A stretch of DNA of 64,000 nt, taken from contig CBDDFZ010000001.1 of assembly GCA_965227515.1 (NCBI GenBank), positions 2,240,001 through 2,304,000 on the forward strand. The letters run 5' to 3'. Made by a program: the position numbers and the translations under genes. Source of the stretch: Alphaproteobacteria bacterium (GTDB lineage: Bacteria; Pseudomonadota; Alphaproteobacteria; CALKHQ01). Positions 20,429 to 33,391 of this stretch are shown in pieces. The notes under the pieces are model-generated. The model was not told where the DNA came from. It made no database searches and saw nothing but the letters and a program-made list of their open reading frames with translations. Numbering within the stretch: position 1 is the stretch's first letter; every line of letters starts with the position of its first letter.

Positions 20429-20615
20429 GTCGTGGTGGGTCGGCTGGGTCGGACCCTCGCGGGGATTTGACACCGACGTCGCGGTTTTCCCGGTCGCCGG
20501 CAATGAGTTGATCGCCGCTGCTGCCCGGTTGATGGCATAGTGGTCCAGAGGGGCACTGACTTGGGGGGCATTCGGCTTCGCCCACGCATGGGTCGAGGCC
20601 GACCGGCAAACACCG

Positions 20616-22277
20616 ATGTCTGCTAGCGATCGCAACCACGTCGATGGGGCGGGCGACGGCGTGAGCCGTGCCGCAGACGATGCGCCGCAGGGCATGGCGG
20701 CATCGATAGCGGCCGGTCCGGACGGCGCGCACTTCGGGCTGGCCGAAATCGAATCGGGCTTCGGCTATTGGGCGATGTCGGAGGGCGGTGCCGGCGTGGC
20801 CATGACGCCCAGCGCCTGCCGCCTCGTCGGGCTGCCGCCCAGCGATGCCCTTGTCGACCTGCAACGCCTGTTCGATCGTTTCACCCCTCCCGAACGGCAG
20901 GCCCTGGATGCCGCGCTGTCGGCGTGCCTGATGCGTGACGAGCCCCTGGCCTTGACGCTGGAAACGGTGCCGATCGACGGTGAGCGCCGGCAGCTCAAGT
21001 TCCATGCGGAGCTGGATGTCTCGGCTGATGGCCGCACACGCCGTGTGTGCGGCGTGTTGCAGGACGTGACCGAAGGGTACGAGGCGGCGCTGGAGCGCCA
21101 GCGCGGCGACCAGCGCCTGTTCTCGTTCCTGGAGAACCTGCGCGACATCGTGTTCTGCCGTGGCAGCAGCACGGTGCGCGTGCAGAAAGGCCTTGCCGGT
21201 ACCGCGCACGTCTATGGCGAGGATGCGTATGCGATTGTCGGCGTGCCGCGGGGGGGCATCTTCGACAACGAGGTCTGGTTGCGCTCGCTGCATCCGGACG
21301 ACCGCGATGGATATCGGTCGGTGCTCGCCAAGAGCTACCGAGCGCGCGAGCCCTACACGGTGCAGTACCGTTTCGGTGGGGCCGACGGCATGCGCTATCG
21401 CTGGGCGCGCGAAACCGGTTGGATCGTGTTCGATCCCGACACTGCCGAGCCGTATCACGATCGCTATATCCTGGATGTCTCGGACCTGGTGACCACGCAA
21501 CAGACGGCGCGGACCGCGCAAATGGCTGCCGAGCGGGCGCTGAAGGCGAAATCAGAGTTCCTCGCCGCGATGAGCCACGAGTTGCGGACGCCGATGAATG
21601 CCATCATCGGGTTCTCTGACATCATCGAGCGCCAACTGTTCGGGCCGGTCGACAACCGGCGTTATCGCGCGTACATCCACGACATTCGCGCCAGCGCCCA
21701 GGCGCTGTTGGGGCTGATCGACGACCTGCTGGACGTGAGCCGTATCGATGCCGGACGCTTCGTGCTTCACGAGGAGGACATCGTGCTTGGCGACCTGGTG
21801 GCCGACGCGGTGCGGGCGGTCCATTCCAGCGCCATGGACGAGAACATCGCCATCGTGTCCAACGTGGCCGACTGCACCGTGCGTGCCGACCGCCGGGGCC
21901 TCTGGCAGATTATCTACAACCTGCTTGCCTATGTGGATCAGTCGGTCTCGTCCTCGGTGCCGCGCTCGTTCGAGGCCGACCTGACCGAGGACGGTGGGAT
22001 CAGGCTGGTGGTGCGCGACGATACCGCCGCGGGTGACGGCCAGAGCGGCGAGCGGTTCATGCAGGGGGATGCCGAAGACGGCGTGGACCGCAGCATGCGT
22101 TCGTTCTGGGTGCTGGACCGTGCGAGCCCGATGCTGGGCATTCCGCTGGTGCGGCGCCTGTTGGATCTGCACGGCGGCACGCTGACCATCCGGCGCGGCG
22201 ATGGCGGCGTGGTCACGGCGGTCGCGACCCTGCCGCCGGGCCGGGTCGTGCAACCGACCGCGGAAGCCGCGGACTGA
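20616..22277 (+). CDS. PAS-PAS histidine kinase-like protein with intact His but degenerate ATP-binding domain
   Basis: H-box FLAAMSHELRTPMNAI; N box reads NLLAYVDQ, G1 reads DDTAAG, G2 reads SPMLGI. Confidence 0.88.
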   Translation: MSASDRNHVDGAGDGVSRAADDAPQGMAASIAAGPDGAHFGLAEIESGFGYWAMSEGGAGVAMTPSACRLVGLPPSDALVDLQRLFDRFTPPERQALDAALSACLMRDEPLALTLETVPIDGERRQLKFHAELDVSADGRTRRVCGVLQDVTEGYEAALERQRGDQRLFSFLENLRDIVFCRGSSTVRVQKGLAGTAHVYGEDAYAIVGVPRGGIFDNEVWLRSLHPDDRDGYRSVLAKSYRAREPYTVQYRFGGADGMRYRWARETGWIVFDPDTAEPYHDRYILDVSDLVTTQQTARTAQMAAERALKAKSEFLAAMSHELRTPMNAIIGFSDIIERQLFGPVDNRRYRAYIHDIRASAQALLGLIDDLLDVSRIDAGRFVLHEEDIVLGDLVADAVRAVHSSAMDENIAIVSNVADCTVRADRRGLWQIIYNLLAYVDQSVSSSVPRSFEADLTEDGGIRLVVRDDTAAGDGQSGERFMQGDAEDGVDRSMRSFWVLDRASPMLGIPLVRRLLDLHGGTLTIRRGDGGVVTAVATLPPGRVVQPTAEAAD

Positions 22278-22323
22278 TCCTGGCCCAGGCCTCTCTCCCG
22301 CCCGGGGTCGCTGCGGTTGGCCG

Positions 22324-23712
22324 CTACTCCAGCGCCTTGACGATGTCCTCGCACATCTTCTTGGCGTCGGCGAACAGCATCATTGTGTTGTCGCGATAGA
22401 ACAGCGGGTTGTCGACACCGGCGTAGCCGGAGCTGAGCGACCGCTTGACGAACAGCACCGTCTTAGACTTCTCCACATCAAGCACCGGCATGCCGTAGAT
22501 CGGGCTTGAGGTGTCGGTCTTGGCGGACGGGTTGGTGACGTCGTTGGCGCCGATGACGAAGGCGACGTCGGTCTGGGCGAAATCGCGGTTGATCTCCTCC
22601 AGCTCCAGCACCTCGTCATAGGGCACGTTGGCCTCGGCCAGCAGCACGTTCATGTGCCCCGGCATGCGGCCCGCGACCGGGTGGATGGCATAGCGCACCT
22701 TCACGCCCTCGCGCTTCAGGATCTCCGCCATCTCGCGCAGCGCATGCTGGGCCTGGGCCACCGCCATGCCGTAGCCGGGCACGATGACCACCGACGATGC
22801 GTTCGACATGATGAAGGCGGCGTCGTCGGCGCTGCCCTGCTTGACCGTGCGGTCCTCGTCGTCGCCCGCCGCCGCGGTGGTCTCGCCACCGAAGCCGCCC
22901 AGGATGACGCTGACGAACGAGCGGTTCATGCCCTTGCACATGATGTAGCTGAGGATCGCGCCCGATGCGCCGACCAGCGCGCCGGTGATGATCAGCAGCG
23001 GGTTGTGCAAGGTGAACCCGATGCCGCAGGCCGCCCAGCCCGAGTAGGAGTTCAGCATCGAGATGACGACCGGCATGTCGGCACCGCCGATGGGGATGAT
23101 CAGCAGCAGGCCCAGCAGCAGCGCCAGCAGCACGATCAGCCACAGCAGGATGCCCGGCTCCCAAATCGAGAACAGGATCACCAGCAGCACCAGCAGGCAG
23201 CCGAGCCCCAGGTTCAGCCAGTGCTGGTACGGGAACACCACCGGCTTGCCGGACACCAGGCCCTGCAGCTTGCCGAAGGCGATGATCGAGCCGGTGAACG
23301 TGATCGCGCCGATGGCGGCACCGATGCTCATCTCGATCAGGCTGAGGCCCTTGATGCCCTCGCCGGTGGCATCCAGCAGCCCGAAGGCGGCCGGGTCGTA
23401 GAACGCGGCCAGCGCGACGAACACGGCCGCCAGGCCGACCAGGCTGTGGAACGCGGCGACCAGTTGCGGCAGCGCCGTCATCTTGATGGTGCGCGCGATG
23501 TAGGTGCCGATCGCACCGCCAATGATGATGGCGATCAGGATCAGGATGTAGCTGTCGACCTGCGGGCCGGTCAGGGTGACGATCACCGCGATCGCCATGC
23601 CGGCCATGCCGTACTGATTGCCCCGTCGCGCGGTCTCCGGCGACGACAACCCGCGCAAGGCCAGGATGAAGCAGATGCCGGAGATCAGGTACATGATCGT
23701 GACGAAGGTCAT
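22324..23712 (-). CDS. pntB: NAD(P) transhydrogenase subunit beta
   Basis: PQLVAAFHS, IGGADMPVV, PGYGMAVAQAQ, HPVAGRMPGHMNVLLAEA. Confidence 0.98.
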   Translation of the reverse strand: MTFVTIMYLISGICFILALRGLSSPETARRGNQYGMAGMAIAVIVTLTGPQVDSYILILIAIIIGGAIGTYIARTIKMTALPQLVAAFHSLVGLAAVFVALAAFYDPAAFGLLDATGEGIKGLSLIEMSIGAAIGAITFTGSIIAFGKLQGLVSGKPVVFPYQHWLNLGLGCLLVLLVILFSIWEPGILLWLIVLLALLLGLLLIIPIGGADMPVVISMLNSYSGWAACGIGFTLHNPLLIITGALVGASGAILSYIMCKGMNRSFVSVILGGFGGETTAAAGDDEDRTVKQGSADDAAFIMSNASSVVIVPGYGMAVAQAQHALREMAEILKREGVKVRYAIHPVAGRMPGHMNVLLAEANVPYDEVLELEEINRDFAQTDVAFVIGANDVTNPSAKTDTSSPIYGMPVLDVEKSKTVLFVKRSLSSGYAGVDNPLFYRDNTMMLFADAKKMCEDIVKALE

Positions 23713-23761
23713 CGGTCATCGCCTCCCGCAGCGGCCGCGAGACTGGTAAGTGCCACGCTGG

Positions 23762-24412
23762 TCATGATTGCTTCTTCCGGAACATGGCCAGCATGCGCTG
23801 GGTGACGATGAAGCCGCCGAATATGTTCACCGAGGCCAGTACGACGGCGACAAAGCCGAACACGCTGGAGGCACCGAATTCATCTAGCCCCGCCGCGATC
23901 AGCGCACCGACGACGATGACGGACGAGATCGCGTTGGTCACCGCCATCAGCGGCGAGTGCAGGGCCGGCGTCACCCGCCAGACCACGTAGTAGCCCACGA
24001 AAACCGCCAGCACGAATATCGCCAGCAGCGACAGGAAATCGCTGCTTGCCGCAGCGGAATGAATGCTTTCCAGCAGATCTTCCGGCGAGGGCCCGGTCGC
24101 AACAGGTGCCTCGTCGATTTGGGTTGCCAGGTCGCGCATCTGGTCGGCGAGGTCGTTGAGCTGATCGCTGACCGGAATTTCAGGCGTGGCCATCGGCTCC
24201 GGCGTCAGGCCGGCGGTGGGATCCGATTCGGGCACCGCCGGTGGCGTCGCATCGGGGGATGCGTCGGGTGCCGCTTCGAGGCCGGCATCCGGGTCCGGTG
24301 CCGCGTCCGGCTCCGTTGTGGTGTCGGGTTCGGGCGTGGTGTCCGGCTCTGGCGTTGGGGCACCATCTTCCGGCGCCAGTTCGCCGCCGTCCGTCGGCTC
24401 GTTTTCGTCCAT
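23762..24412 (-). CDS. pntAB: NAD(P) transhydrogenase alpha part 2 (PntAB) with long acidic Pro-rich N-terminal extension
   Basis: [17 protein letters not shown] and [16 protein letters not shown] in the C-terminal part. Confidence 0.92.
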   Translation of the reverse strand: MDENEPTDGGELAPEDGAPTPEPDTTPEPDTTTEPDAAPDPDAGLEAAPDASPDATPPAVPESDPTAGLTPEPMATPEIPVSDQLNDLADQMRDLATQIDEAPVATGPSPEDLLESIHSAAASSDFLSLLAIFVLAVFVGYYVVWRVTPALHSPLMAVTNAISSVIVVGALIAAGLDEFGASSVFGFVAVVLASVNIFGGFIVTQRMLAMFRKKQS

Positions 24413-24415
24413 GCG

Positions 24416-25855
<1,440 letters not shown>

Positions 25856-26133
25856 GCAGCCATTGCTCTTAGCCCTGGGATGGATCATCCGGGGCGGGGG
25901 ACGCGTCCGCGTGCGCGGCAGCGCTAGGCATGGGCCAAGCTAACAAAAACACAGGGCGCGACAAAGCCCGTTTCGCGGCCTGCGACGCCGGGTCTGCCCG
26001 TCCATCTGCCTGCCGACATGAACCGCCCGTGATTTGCCCAACCCGGCGCGCCCGGCTATGGTTCCATCAAGGGCAAGAACAACAACGTTCCATCTCAGCT
26101 TGATTGGCCATCTCAACCAGATCGGAGAGATCG

Positions 26134-26313
26134 ATGCGTAAGATGACAACGATTGCTTTGGCTGCTGCGTTCACTGTCGCCTCGACGGCCGCGTTTGCGT
26201 GCCCGGGCATGACCAGTGCGTCCACCGGCGAGCCGCTGGTTGTGGCGACCGGCCCTTCGACCCCGGCGCCGACCACGCCGCAGTCGCCGATCATTCTGCC
26301 GGTCGACGACTAG
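26134..26313 (+). CDS. Small secreted hypothetical protein
   Basis: GGAGAG RBS, signal peptide ending AAFA|CPG, short Pro/Thr-rich mature part. Confidence 0.65.
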   Translation: MRKMTTIALAAAFTVASTAAFACPGMTSASTGEPLVVATGPSTPAPTTPQSPIILPVDD

Positions 26314-26444
26314 GTCGTTTGGCGTTAACGCCAATTCGGCACCAGCCCTCTCCCCCACCCGACCACCCAACGCCAGTATGATCGGGGTGGTCGGGTGGGG
26401 GAGAGGGCTGGCGCAGACTTCGCGCCCCGGGGGCGCTAGACCAG
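26310..26444. repeat. Palindromic repeat family A; its CTAG end supplies the stop codon of the upstream gene
   Basis: CCCTCTCCCCCACCCGACCACCCAACGCCAGTATGATCGGGGTGGTCGGGTGGGGGAGAGGG. Confidence 0.85.
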
Positions 26445-26491
26445 AGACCAGCCGGGCCGCAGCGGGCTCGGCGTCCAACCCGATTGAATGC

Positions 26492-26521
26492 AAAACGGCG
26501 GGTCCGCGTGGCCCGCCGTTT
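26492..26521. terminator. Bidirectional terminator-like hairpin
   Basis: AAAACGGCGGGTC-CGCGT-GGCCCGCCGTTT between convergent genes. Confidence 0.6.
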
Positions 26522-26546
26522 GTCGTGTGCGCTATATGGGAAGCCG

Positions 26547-26834
26547 CTACTCGGTGACGGTGTAGGGCTCGAAGATCTCATGGGGGTTGGCGTTGCCGCC
26601 CGCGCCAGCGGCGGGGGACATCTCGGCGAGCTGTTCGTCGTTCATCGGGCAAAAGCCACCATCCGACGAGGCATCGGTCCACGACACGAAGGTGTCGCAG
26701 TCGGCGCCGGTCTCGCCCGGCTGGCAGATCATGCAACCGTCGCGGTCGCAGCTCTGCAGGCAGTCGGCTGCGGTGCCGACCGTGGCAAATCCGATTGTGG
26801 CAATGCTGAAGGCGGCGGCGAAAGCTATCTTCAT
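26547..26834 (-). CDS. Small secreted six-cysteine protein
   Basis: MKIAFAAAF signal peptide; mature part DCLQSCDRDGCMICQPGETGADC...FCP. Confidence 0.7.
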   Translation of the reverse strand: MKIAFAAAFSIATIGFATVGTAADCLQSCDRDGCMICQPGETGADCDTFVSWTDASSDGGFCPMNDEQLAEMSPAAGAGGNANPHEIFEPYTVTE

Positions 26835-27093
26835 GACAAATCTTCCCTGCTCTTCCCTGGCTGATCCGGCGGGGCGCTGGGCCCAGGCACCGGAAGGCTC
26901 CTCTCCATCTGCCCGTATGTCGCAGCTTAGCCGCGTTCGGTTCACAAGCCGTAAGCAACGACCGAAAGACCGGGAGGCAGATGCCGTCTGGATGACGTGG
27001 GCGTGAGGACGCGTATTCGCAAGGCAGGGAGGGCCGCTGGCGTGTTCGCGGCGTGACGCGGGTCACACGTCAGCAATGCTCACCTAAGTACGT

Positions 27094-27435
27094 CTAGTTG
27101 GAGTCCGACATCACGCCACTGCGCTGCAACTCCGGTTGCAGGCGGCCGACCAGCCACAGGAAGAACATGCGGAAGTCGGAGATCAGCGACCAGAATGGAT
27201 AGGTGAAGGTCGCGGGCCGGTTGCGCTCCACCATCATGTGCGAATACCAGGCGGGGCCGTAGCCAGCCACCAGTGCCACGGCCAGCAGCCACCAGATCTG
27301 GGTGACGATCGCCACCACCACCACCGCAATCGCCAGGGCGGTGCCGAAGAAGTGGATCAGCCGGGTGCCGGGCCTGGCGTGCTCGCGCAGATAGTAGGGC
27401 CAGAACTCGGCATAGGTCTCGCAGCGTTGGGCCAT
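27094..27435 (-). CDS. DUF962/Mpo1-like membrane protein
   Basis: FWPYYLREH, RLIHFFGT, GYGPAWYSH..VERNRPATFTYP. Confidence 0.88.
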   Translation of the reverse strand: MAQRCETYAEFWPYYLREHARPGTRLIHFFGTALAIAVVVVAIVTQIWWLLAVALVAGYGPAWYSHMMVERNRPATFTYPFWSLISDFRMFFLWLVGRLQPELQRSGVMSDSN

Positions 27436-27519
27436 CGTTCACCTCCCTGCGGCAGGTTCACTTTATGCGTTATCCGCAAAATGTGGCGATTGCAGGCAGG
27501 CGGGTCAACTTGAGACGAC

Positions 27520-28653
27520 TCAACGGCACGCGGTCGTCTGCGGCCCCGGCTGGGCGGCGTTCACCCGGTGCTCGAATACCCAGCAATCGTTGCCGGAGCC
27601 GGCGGGGCGATAGCGCACCGCGCTGGTGCCGCCGCCGCTGAGCGCGGAGAACTCCATCACGTACCAGCCGTCAGGCTCCTGCCGGAAGTCGGTCACAAGG
27701 GTGCGCACCGGCTCGCCGAGCTGGCCGACGCCGAACGGGGAGGGTGCCCGTTGCGGGCGGTCACGCAGCGGCCTTGGCTCGATCCTGAGGCTGGGGTCGG
27801 CCACCGCGTGGTGGCAGCCCAGCACATAGGGCGGGGTCGCGGTGGTGTAGTAGACGTACGTCCCGTCGGGCTGGCGGGCGCCGTTGCAGGGGTCGAGCCC
27901 GCCGGGCGGCAGGTTGTTGACGCCGCTGAGCCGGCTGCCGCCGAAGAACGCCGACCCGCCGGTGCCGAAATAGATCGGAATGCCGTCCAGGCCGAAGCCG
28001 ATGGGCTGGTCGAGGTGGGCCGGGTCGACCAGGCAAACCGGCGGGTAGTGATAGTGGTAATCGTCGCCCTGGCCGGCATGGCCGCCGCACTGGTCCAGTT
28101 CGCCCGCCGGCACCGTGTCGTGGCGCGCCTCGTAGCGGGCCGGGTCGGTGTTGGCGTCCGGGCGGCGGTCGTAGTGGAAGATCGGCACCCCGTCGACGGC
28201 GAACGCAATCGGCCCGCGCGGCGAGGCGGCCTGCGGTGCGGCCAGCCATTGCGGCGACAGCGGTACGCGCCAGCGGTAATGGAAGGGCAGGGGCACGCGC
28301 TGAATCCAGGCGGTGATACCGACCATGATGCGCTCGCCGGGGCTGGCGGCGGGGCGCGGCAGGCCGGTGGGGGCGTCGACCAGCAGCCAGCCGCCCTCGC
28401 ACCGTGCCGTCACCATGTCGCCGAAGCGGGCGAACGCGGACAGCGCGCGCTGGCAGGCATCGGCGCCGGCCTGCGCCGGGACGAGCGGTGCGCCTGCATT
28501 GGCATGGTCGTGCGGCAATGACCAACCCGGGCCGAACGGCTGCGGCGCCCACGCCTCCATGTCATGGGCATGCGCCGTCGACATGCTCGCGAGCGCCAGC
28601 CATGCCGCGCCAAGCAGGCCGGAAATCAATGTGTACAGGCGTCGTCGCTGCAT
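27520..28653 (-). CDS. Secreted YHYH-domain protein
   Basis: Signal peptide, GPIAFAVDGVP, LDQCGGH, YHYH, IGFGLDGIPIY. Confidence 0.85.
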   Translation of the reverse strand: MQRRRLYTLISGLLGAAWLALASMSTAHAHDMEAWAPQPFGPGWSLPHDHANAGAPLVPAQAGADACQRALSAFARFGDMVTARCEGGWLLVDAPTGLPRPAASPGERIMVGITAWIQRVPLPFHYRWRVPLSPQWLAAPQAASPRGPIAFAVDGVPIFHYDRRPDANTDPARYEARHDTVPAGELDQCGGHAGQGDDYHYHYPPVCLVDPAHLDQPIGFGLDGIPIYFGTGGSAFFGGSRLSGVNNLPPGGLDPCNGARQPDGTYVYYTTATPPYVLGCHHAVADPSLRIEPRPLRDRPQRAPSPFGVGQLGEPVRTLVTDFRQEPDGWYVMEFSALSGGGTSAVRYRPAGSGNDCWVFEHRVNAAQPGPQTTACR

Positions 28654-28691
28654 CGTTTCCGTCCTCCGTCATTGGTCATTTGAGAGCCAGC

Positions 28692-30536
<1,845 letters not shown>

Positions 30537-30920
30537 TGCTTCTGTCCTGCACGCGGCTACGAGGGTTACGGGAGAGTTCCGTCCTACGCGCGGCAGGCGA
30601 AGCGGGAGCGCACTCCTTCTTCGCGGAAAGACCGGGCGTCGACGATCAGACGCTAGTCATCATCACTTCGAAGGATCTCCATGTTGCGGCTCCGGGGTCG
30701 TTGGCGCGCCAGACCTCTGCGGTCAAGCGAGCGCGGACAGGGCTTATAGACCGATTCGGTGAGTGTGGAAACCTCCAAGGCCCGATTGCCGGTATCTCGT
30801 AAGGTCGAAGACTATTTTCGCGAGAAATGAGTTGTTTGAGGCCGATGCAGGCCCCACGTAATGCGATGGATCGATGTTGATCCATGATCGTGATTAGTAA
30901 TTGATATTGGGAGAATAGTT

Positions 30921-31172
30921 ATGCCCGCACTTGGCGTGGGTTTCACGGAAGCTCAGGAAAAGGTTGCCGCGGGTGAGCCTGGATACGCATGGTACAAGGG
31001 CGATGGCGGAAACAGTTGGGCGGGCCCCGGCACGCTTGGCGGAACCAATGCTTACGGAGTCTTCGAGCGTGAAGAAGCGACTGCTTCCGATGCGATCAAA
31101 CGTCTGATTAGCTCTATCAAGAGCGCGAATGATCCAGAGAAAGGGGCTATGTCGCCAGGTTTTGGCGGCTAG
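30921..31172 (+). CDS. Small hypothetical protein in an AT-richer patch
   Basis: GGGAGA RBS, 83-aa ORF, atypical codon usage; no recognised motif. Confidence 0.45.
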   Translation: MPALGVGFTEAQEKVAAGEPGYAWYKGDGGNSWAGPGTLGGTNAYGVFEREEATASDAIKRLISSIKSANDPEKGAMSPGFGG

Positions 31173-31249
31173 TTACCTAGCCTTGTCCAACGCGTCACAG
31201 GAAGTGACGCGCCTTATTTGACCACTATCATTGTCAGAATTGCCAGCCG

Positions 31250-33130
31250 TCAGTTTGTCGGCATGTCCGGGTCCAGCGCCTCGGCATTGTCGGAGTCCGC
31301 CGGATCCAACTCGGTCAGGCTGCCGTCGGCGTTGACCACGTAGTAGGTCGGGGCCGGGCGAAGACCGCGCTCCACCTCGTCGAAGCCATCGGGGTCCTGG
31401 ATCGCGTCGGCGACGATCAGGCGGCTGTCGTGCTGGTATTGCACGCCATAGCTGCTGGAGATGGCCGAGGTGATCAGGCCGGTTTCCATATCGACGACCA
31501 GGGTCAGCGGTGCGGTCCCGGTATCCAGGGCGAGCCCAATGATGGCGTACTTGCCCGCGAACGCCGGCGGCGGCTCGTACTGCACCAGGAGGTCGAGCGG
31601 GTCGACGCGCGACGCCATCGGGTGACTGGTGGGGTCCAGCTCCGCCGGATCGCCCTTGTAGGGCTCGTCGGCCGGATAGTCCTCGAACTGGTAGGCCCAG
31701 AACTGCACCGCCACCGACATGACGGCGGACTCGTAGGCCGAGACCTGGTCTTCGAGCAGGTTCAGGGTGGCGACCGTCAGCGTGCCGCTGGGGGTCAGCC
31801 CGTTCGATGCCTGGAAACGCGCCAGCGATGTCGCCGTCTGCGGACCCAGCACGCCATCCGCCGGGCCGCTGAAATACGCCAGCTCGCGCAGCATCTGTTG
31901 CGCATGCTGCATGGTCCAGAAATCCAGGATCTCTGAATCCTCGTTGGTCTCGCCGCGCAGCGCGTTCAGGGTTTCCAGGGTCAGCGTGCCGGTCACCCGC
32001 AGGTTCTCGGCGGTCTGGAACTGGCGCAACGCCTCTTCGGTGCGGCCGCCGGTCATGCCATCGATGGGGCCGGGGTCGTAGCCCGCGTCCGCCAGCAGCG
32101 TTTGCGCTTCCTCGATGAACGGGTTCTCGCGCGGGATGTCTGTCACGTCCTGGGCGCGGGCGCGCAGCCGCTCGTATGTTTCCGGCGTCAGCGTGCCGGT
32201 ACGGCGCAAATTCTCGTCGCTCTGGAACCGGCTGATCGCGCGCACGGTTTCCGGCCCCAGAACGCCATCGGCGGTGGAGACGTTGTAGCCCAGCAGGTCG
32301 AGCCATTCCTGGGCATCGCGAATGGTGGGATCGGTGCGTGTCTCCTCGCTCGGCACGCGCATGCGCAGGCGATCCAGGGTGGCCGGTGTCAGCCGCCCAT
32401 TGTGGTTCAGGCCGACGGCGCGCTGGAACTGGGCGATGGCCTGCGAGGTCGCGGGCCCCATCTCCCCATCCACCGAGACCGGGCCATAGCCAAGCTGGTT
32501 GAGCAGGAGTTGCGCCTCGCGCACGTTCGGGTCGCCGCCATCCTCCGACCCTCCGCCGGCGTGCAATTCGGCCAGGCGCTCGCGCAGAACCGACAGCGTC
32601 TCGGCGCCGACGGCGCCGTCGATCTCCAGTCCATTGGCGAGCTGGAACGATTCCAACGCAGCCCGGGTGTCTGGCCCCATCGCCCCGTCGGCCTCGCCGG
32701 GGTTGTAGCCAAGCCACTGCAGGATGCGCTGCGCCTCCTCGATGGGCGTCTCCGCGCGGTCGTTGCTGGCGACCTGATTCGGGCTGCCGCCAGCTTCCCC
32801 GCCCTGGCGTTGCAACGCGACCCACGTCAGCTCGTCGAGTTCGCCCGAAACCACGATGCCGGCGGCCTCCTGGAAGCGGCGGATCGCGTTTGAGGTGCCG
32901 GGTCCGGACACGCCGTCGATGGAGCCCGAATAATGGCCCAGATTGGCCAGATAGCGCTGTGCCTGCGCAATCTGGTCGCTGCTCTGGGCGGCCGCGGTCA
33001 ATGGCAACAGCAGGCCAGCGGCCAGGGCCAACGCGGCGGCACCCAGGCCCAGGCGTGCCCGGCGCCCCACCGTGGGATGCCCCTTGGCGGGCCTGCGCCC
33101 GCGCGGTGCGTCGTGCTCAGCGATGAGCAT
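31250..33130 (-). CDS. Secreted protein with six peptidoglycan-binding (PG_binding_1) domains
   Basis: Six repeats of Q..L..LGY....DG..GP.T..A...FQ....L...G; signal peptide ending AAA|Q; start inferred. Confidence 0.88.
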   Translation of the reverse strand: MLIAEHDAPRGRRPAKGHPTVGRRARLGLGAAALALAAGLLLPLTAAAQSSDQIAQAQRYLANLGHYSGSIDGVSGPGTSNAIRRFQEAAGIVVSGELDELTWVALQRQGGEAGGSPNQVASNDRAETPIEEAQRILQWLGYNPGEADGAMGPDTRAALESFQLANGLEIDGAVGAETLSVLRERLAELHAGGGSEDGGDPNVREAQLLLNQLGYGPVSVDGEMGPATSQAIAQFQRAVGLNHNGRLTPATLDRLRMRVPSEETRTDPTIRDAQEWLDLLGYNVSTADGVLGPETVRAISRFQSDENLRRTGTLTPETYERLRARAQDVTDIPRENPFIEEAQTLLADAGYDPGPIDGMTGGRTEEALRQFQTAENLRVTGTLTLETLNALRGETNEDSEILDFWTMQHAQQMLRELAYFSGPADGVLGPQTATSLARFQASNGLTPSGTLTVATLNLLEDQVSAYESAVMSVAVQFWAYQFEDYPADEPYKGDPAELDPTSHPMASRVDPLDLLVQYEPPPAFAGKYAIIGLALDTGTAPLTLVVDMETGLITSAISSSYGVQYQHDSRLIVADAIQDPDGFDEVERGLRPAPTYYVVNADGSLTELDPADSDNAEALDPDMPTN

Positions 33131-33179
33131 GTCTTGCGATCTGCCTGTCTGGTCTCTAGTCACGCAATTCTCTTCCAAT

Positions 33180-33215
33180 GCCACGTCTTGCATAGCCACG
33201 TCTTGCAAAGCCACG
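33180..33215. repeat. 15-bp tandem repeat, about 2.4 copies
   Basis: GCCACGTCTTGCATA GCCACGTCTTGCAAA GCCACG. Confidence 0.7.
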
Positions 33216-33290
33216 CGTTCGATCGGCCGGAGCCCAAGCACAAACCATGCCTTGCCCGGCACGTACGACGCAGTGATGCCGCGCACCCTC

Positions 33291-33374
33291 GGCGCAACCA
33301 CCCTGGGCGCAACCACCCTGGGCGCAACCACCCTGGGCGCAACCACCTTTGGTGCAACCACCCTGGGCGCAACC
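33291..33374. repeat. 15-bp VNTR, about 5.6 copies
   Basis: GGCGCAACCACCCTG units. Confidence 0.92.
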
Positions 33375-33391
33375 TAGGCGCGGCGCGGCAT

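Noticed and set aside
20616-22277. Second kinase as a pseudogene
   Set aside because: Frame is intact for 553 codons with retained H-box and C-terminal LHGG strand pattern; damage is confined to ATP-binding motifs.
30646-30885. 79-aa minus-strand ORF
   Set aside because: No RBS, motif or codon support.
33291-33374. Possible CRISPR array
   Set aside because: Contiguous 15-bp units with no spacers and no cas genes; it is a VNTR.
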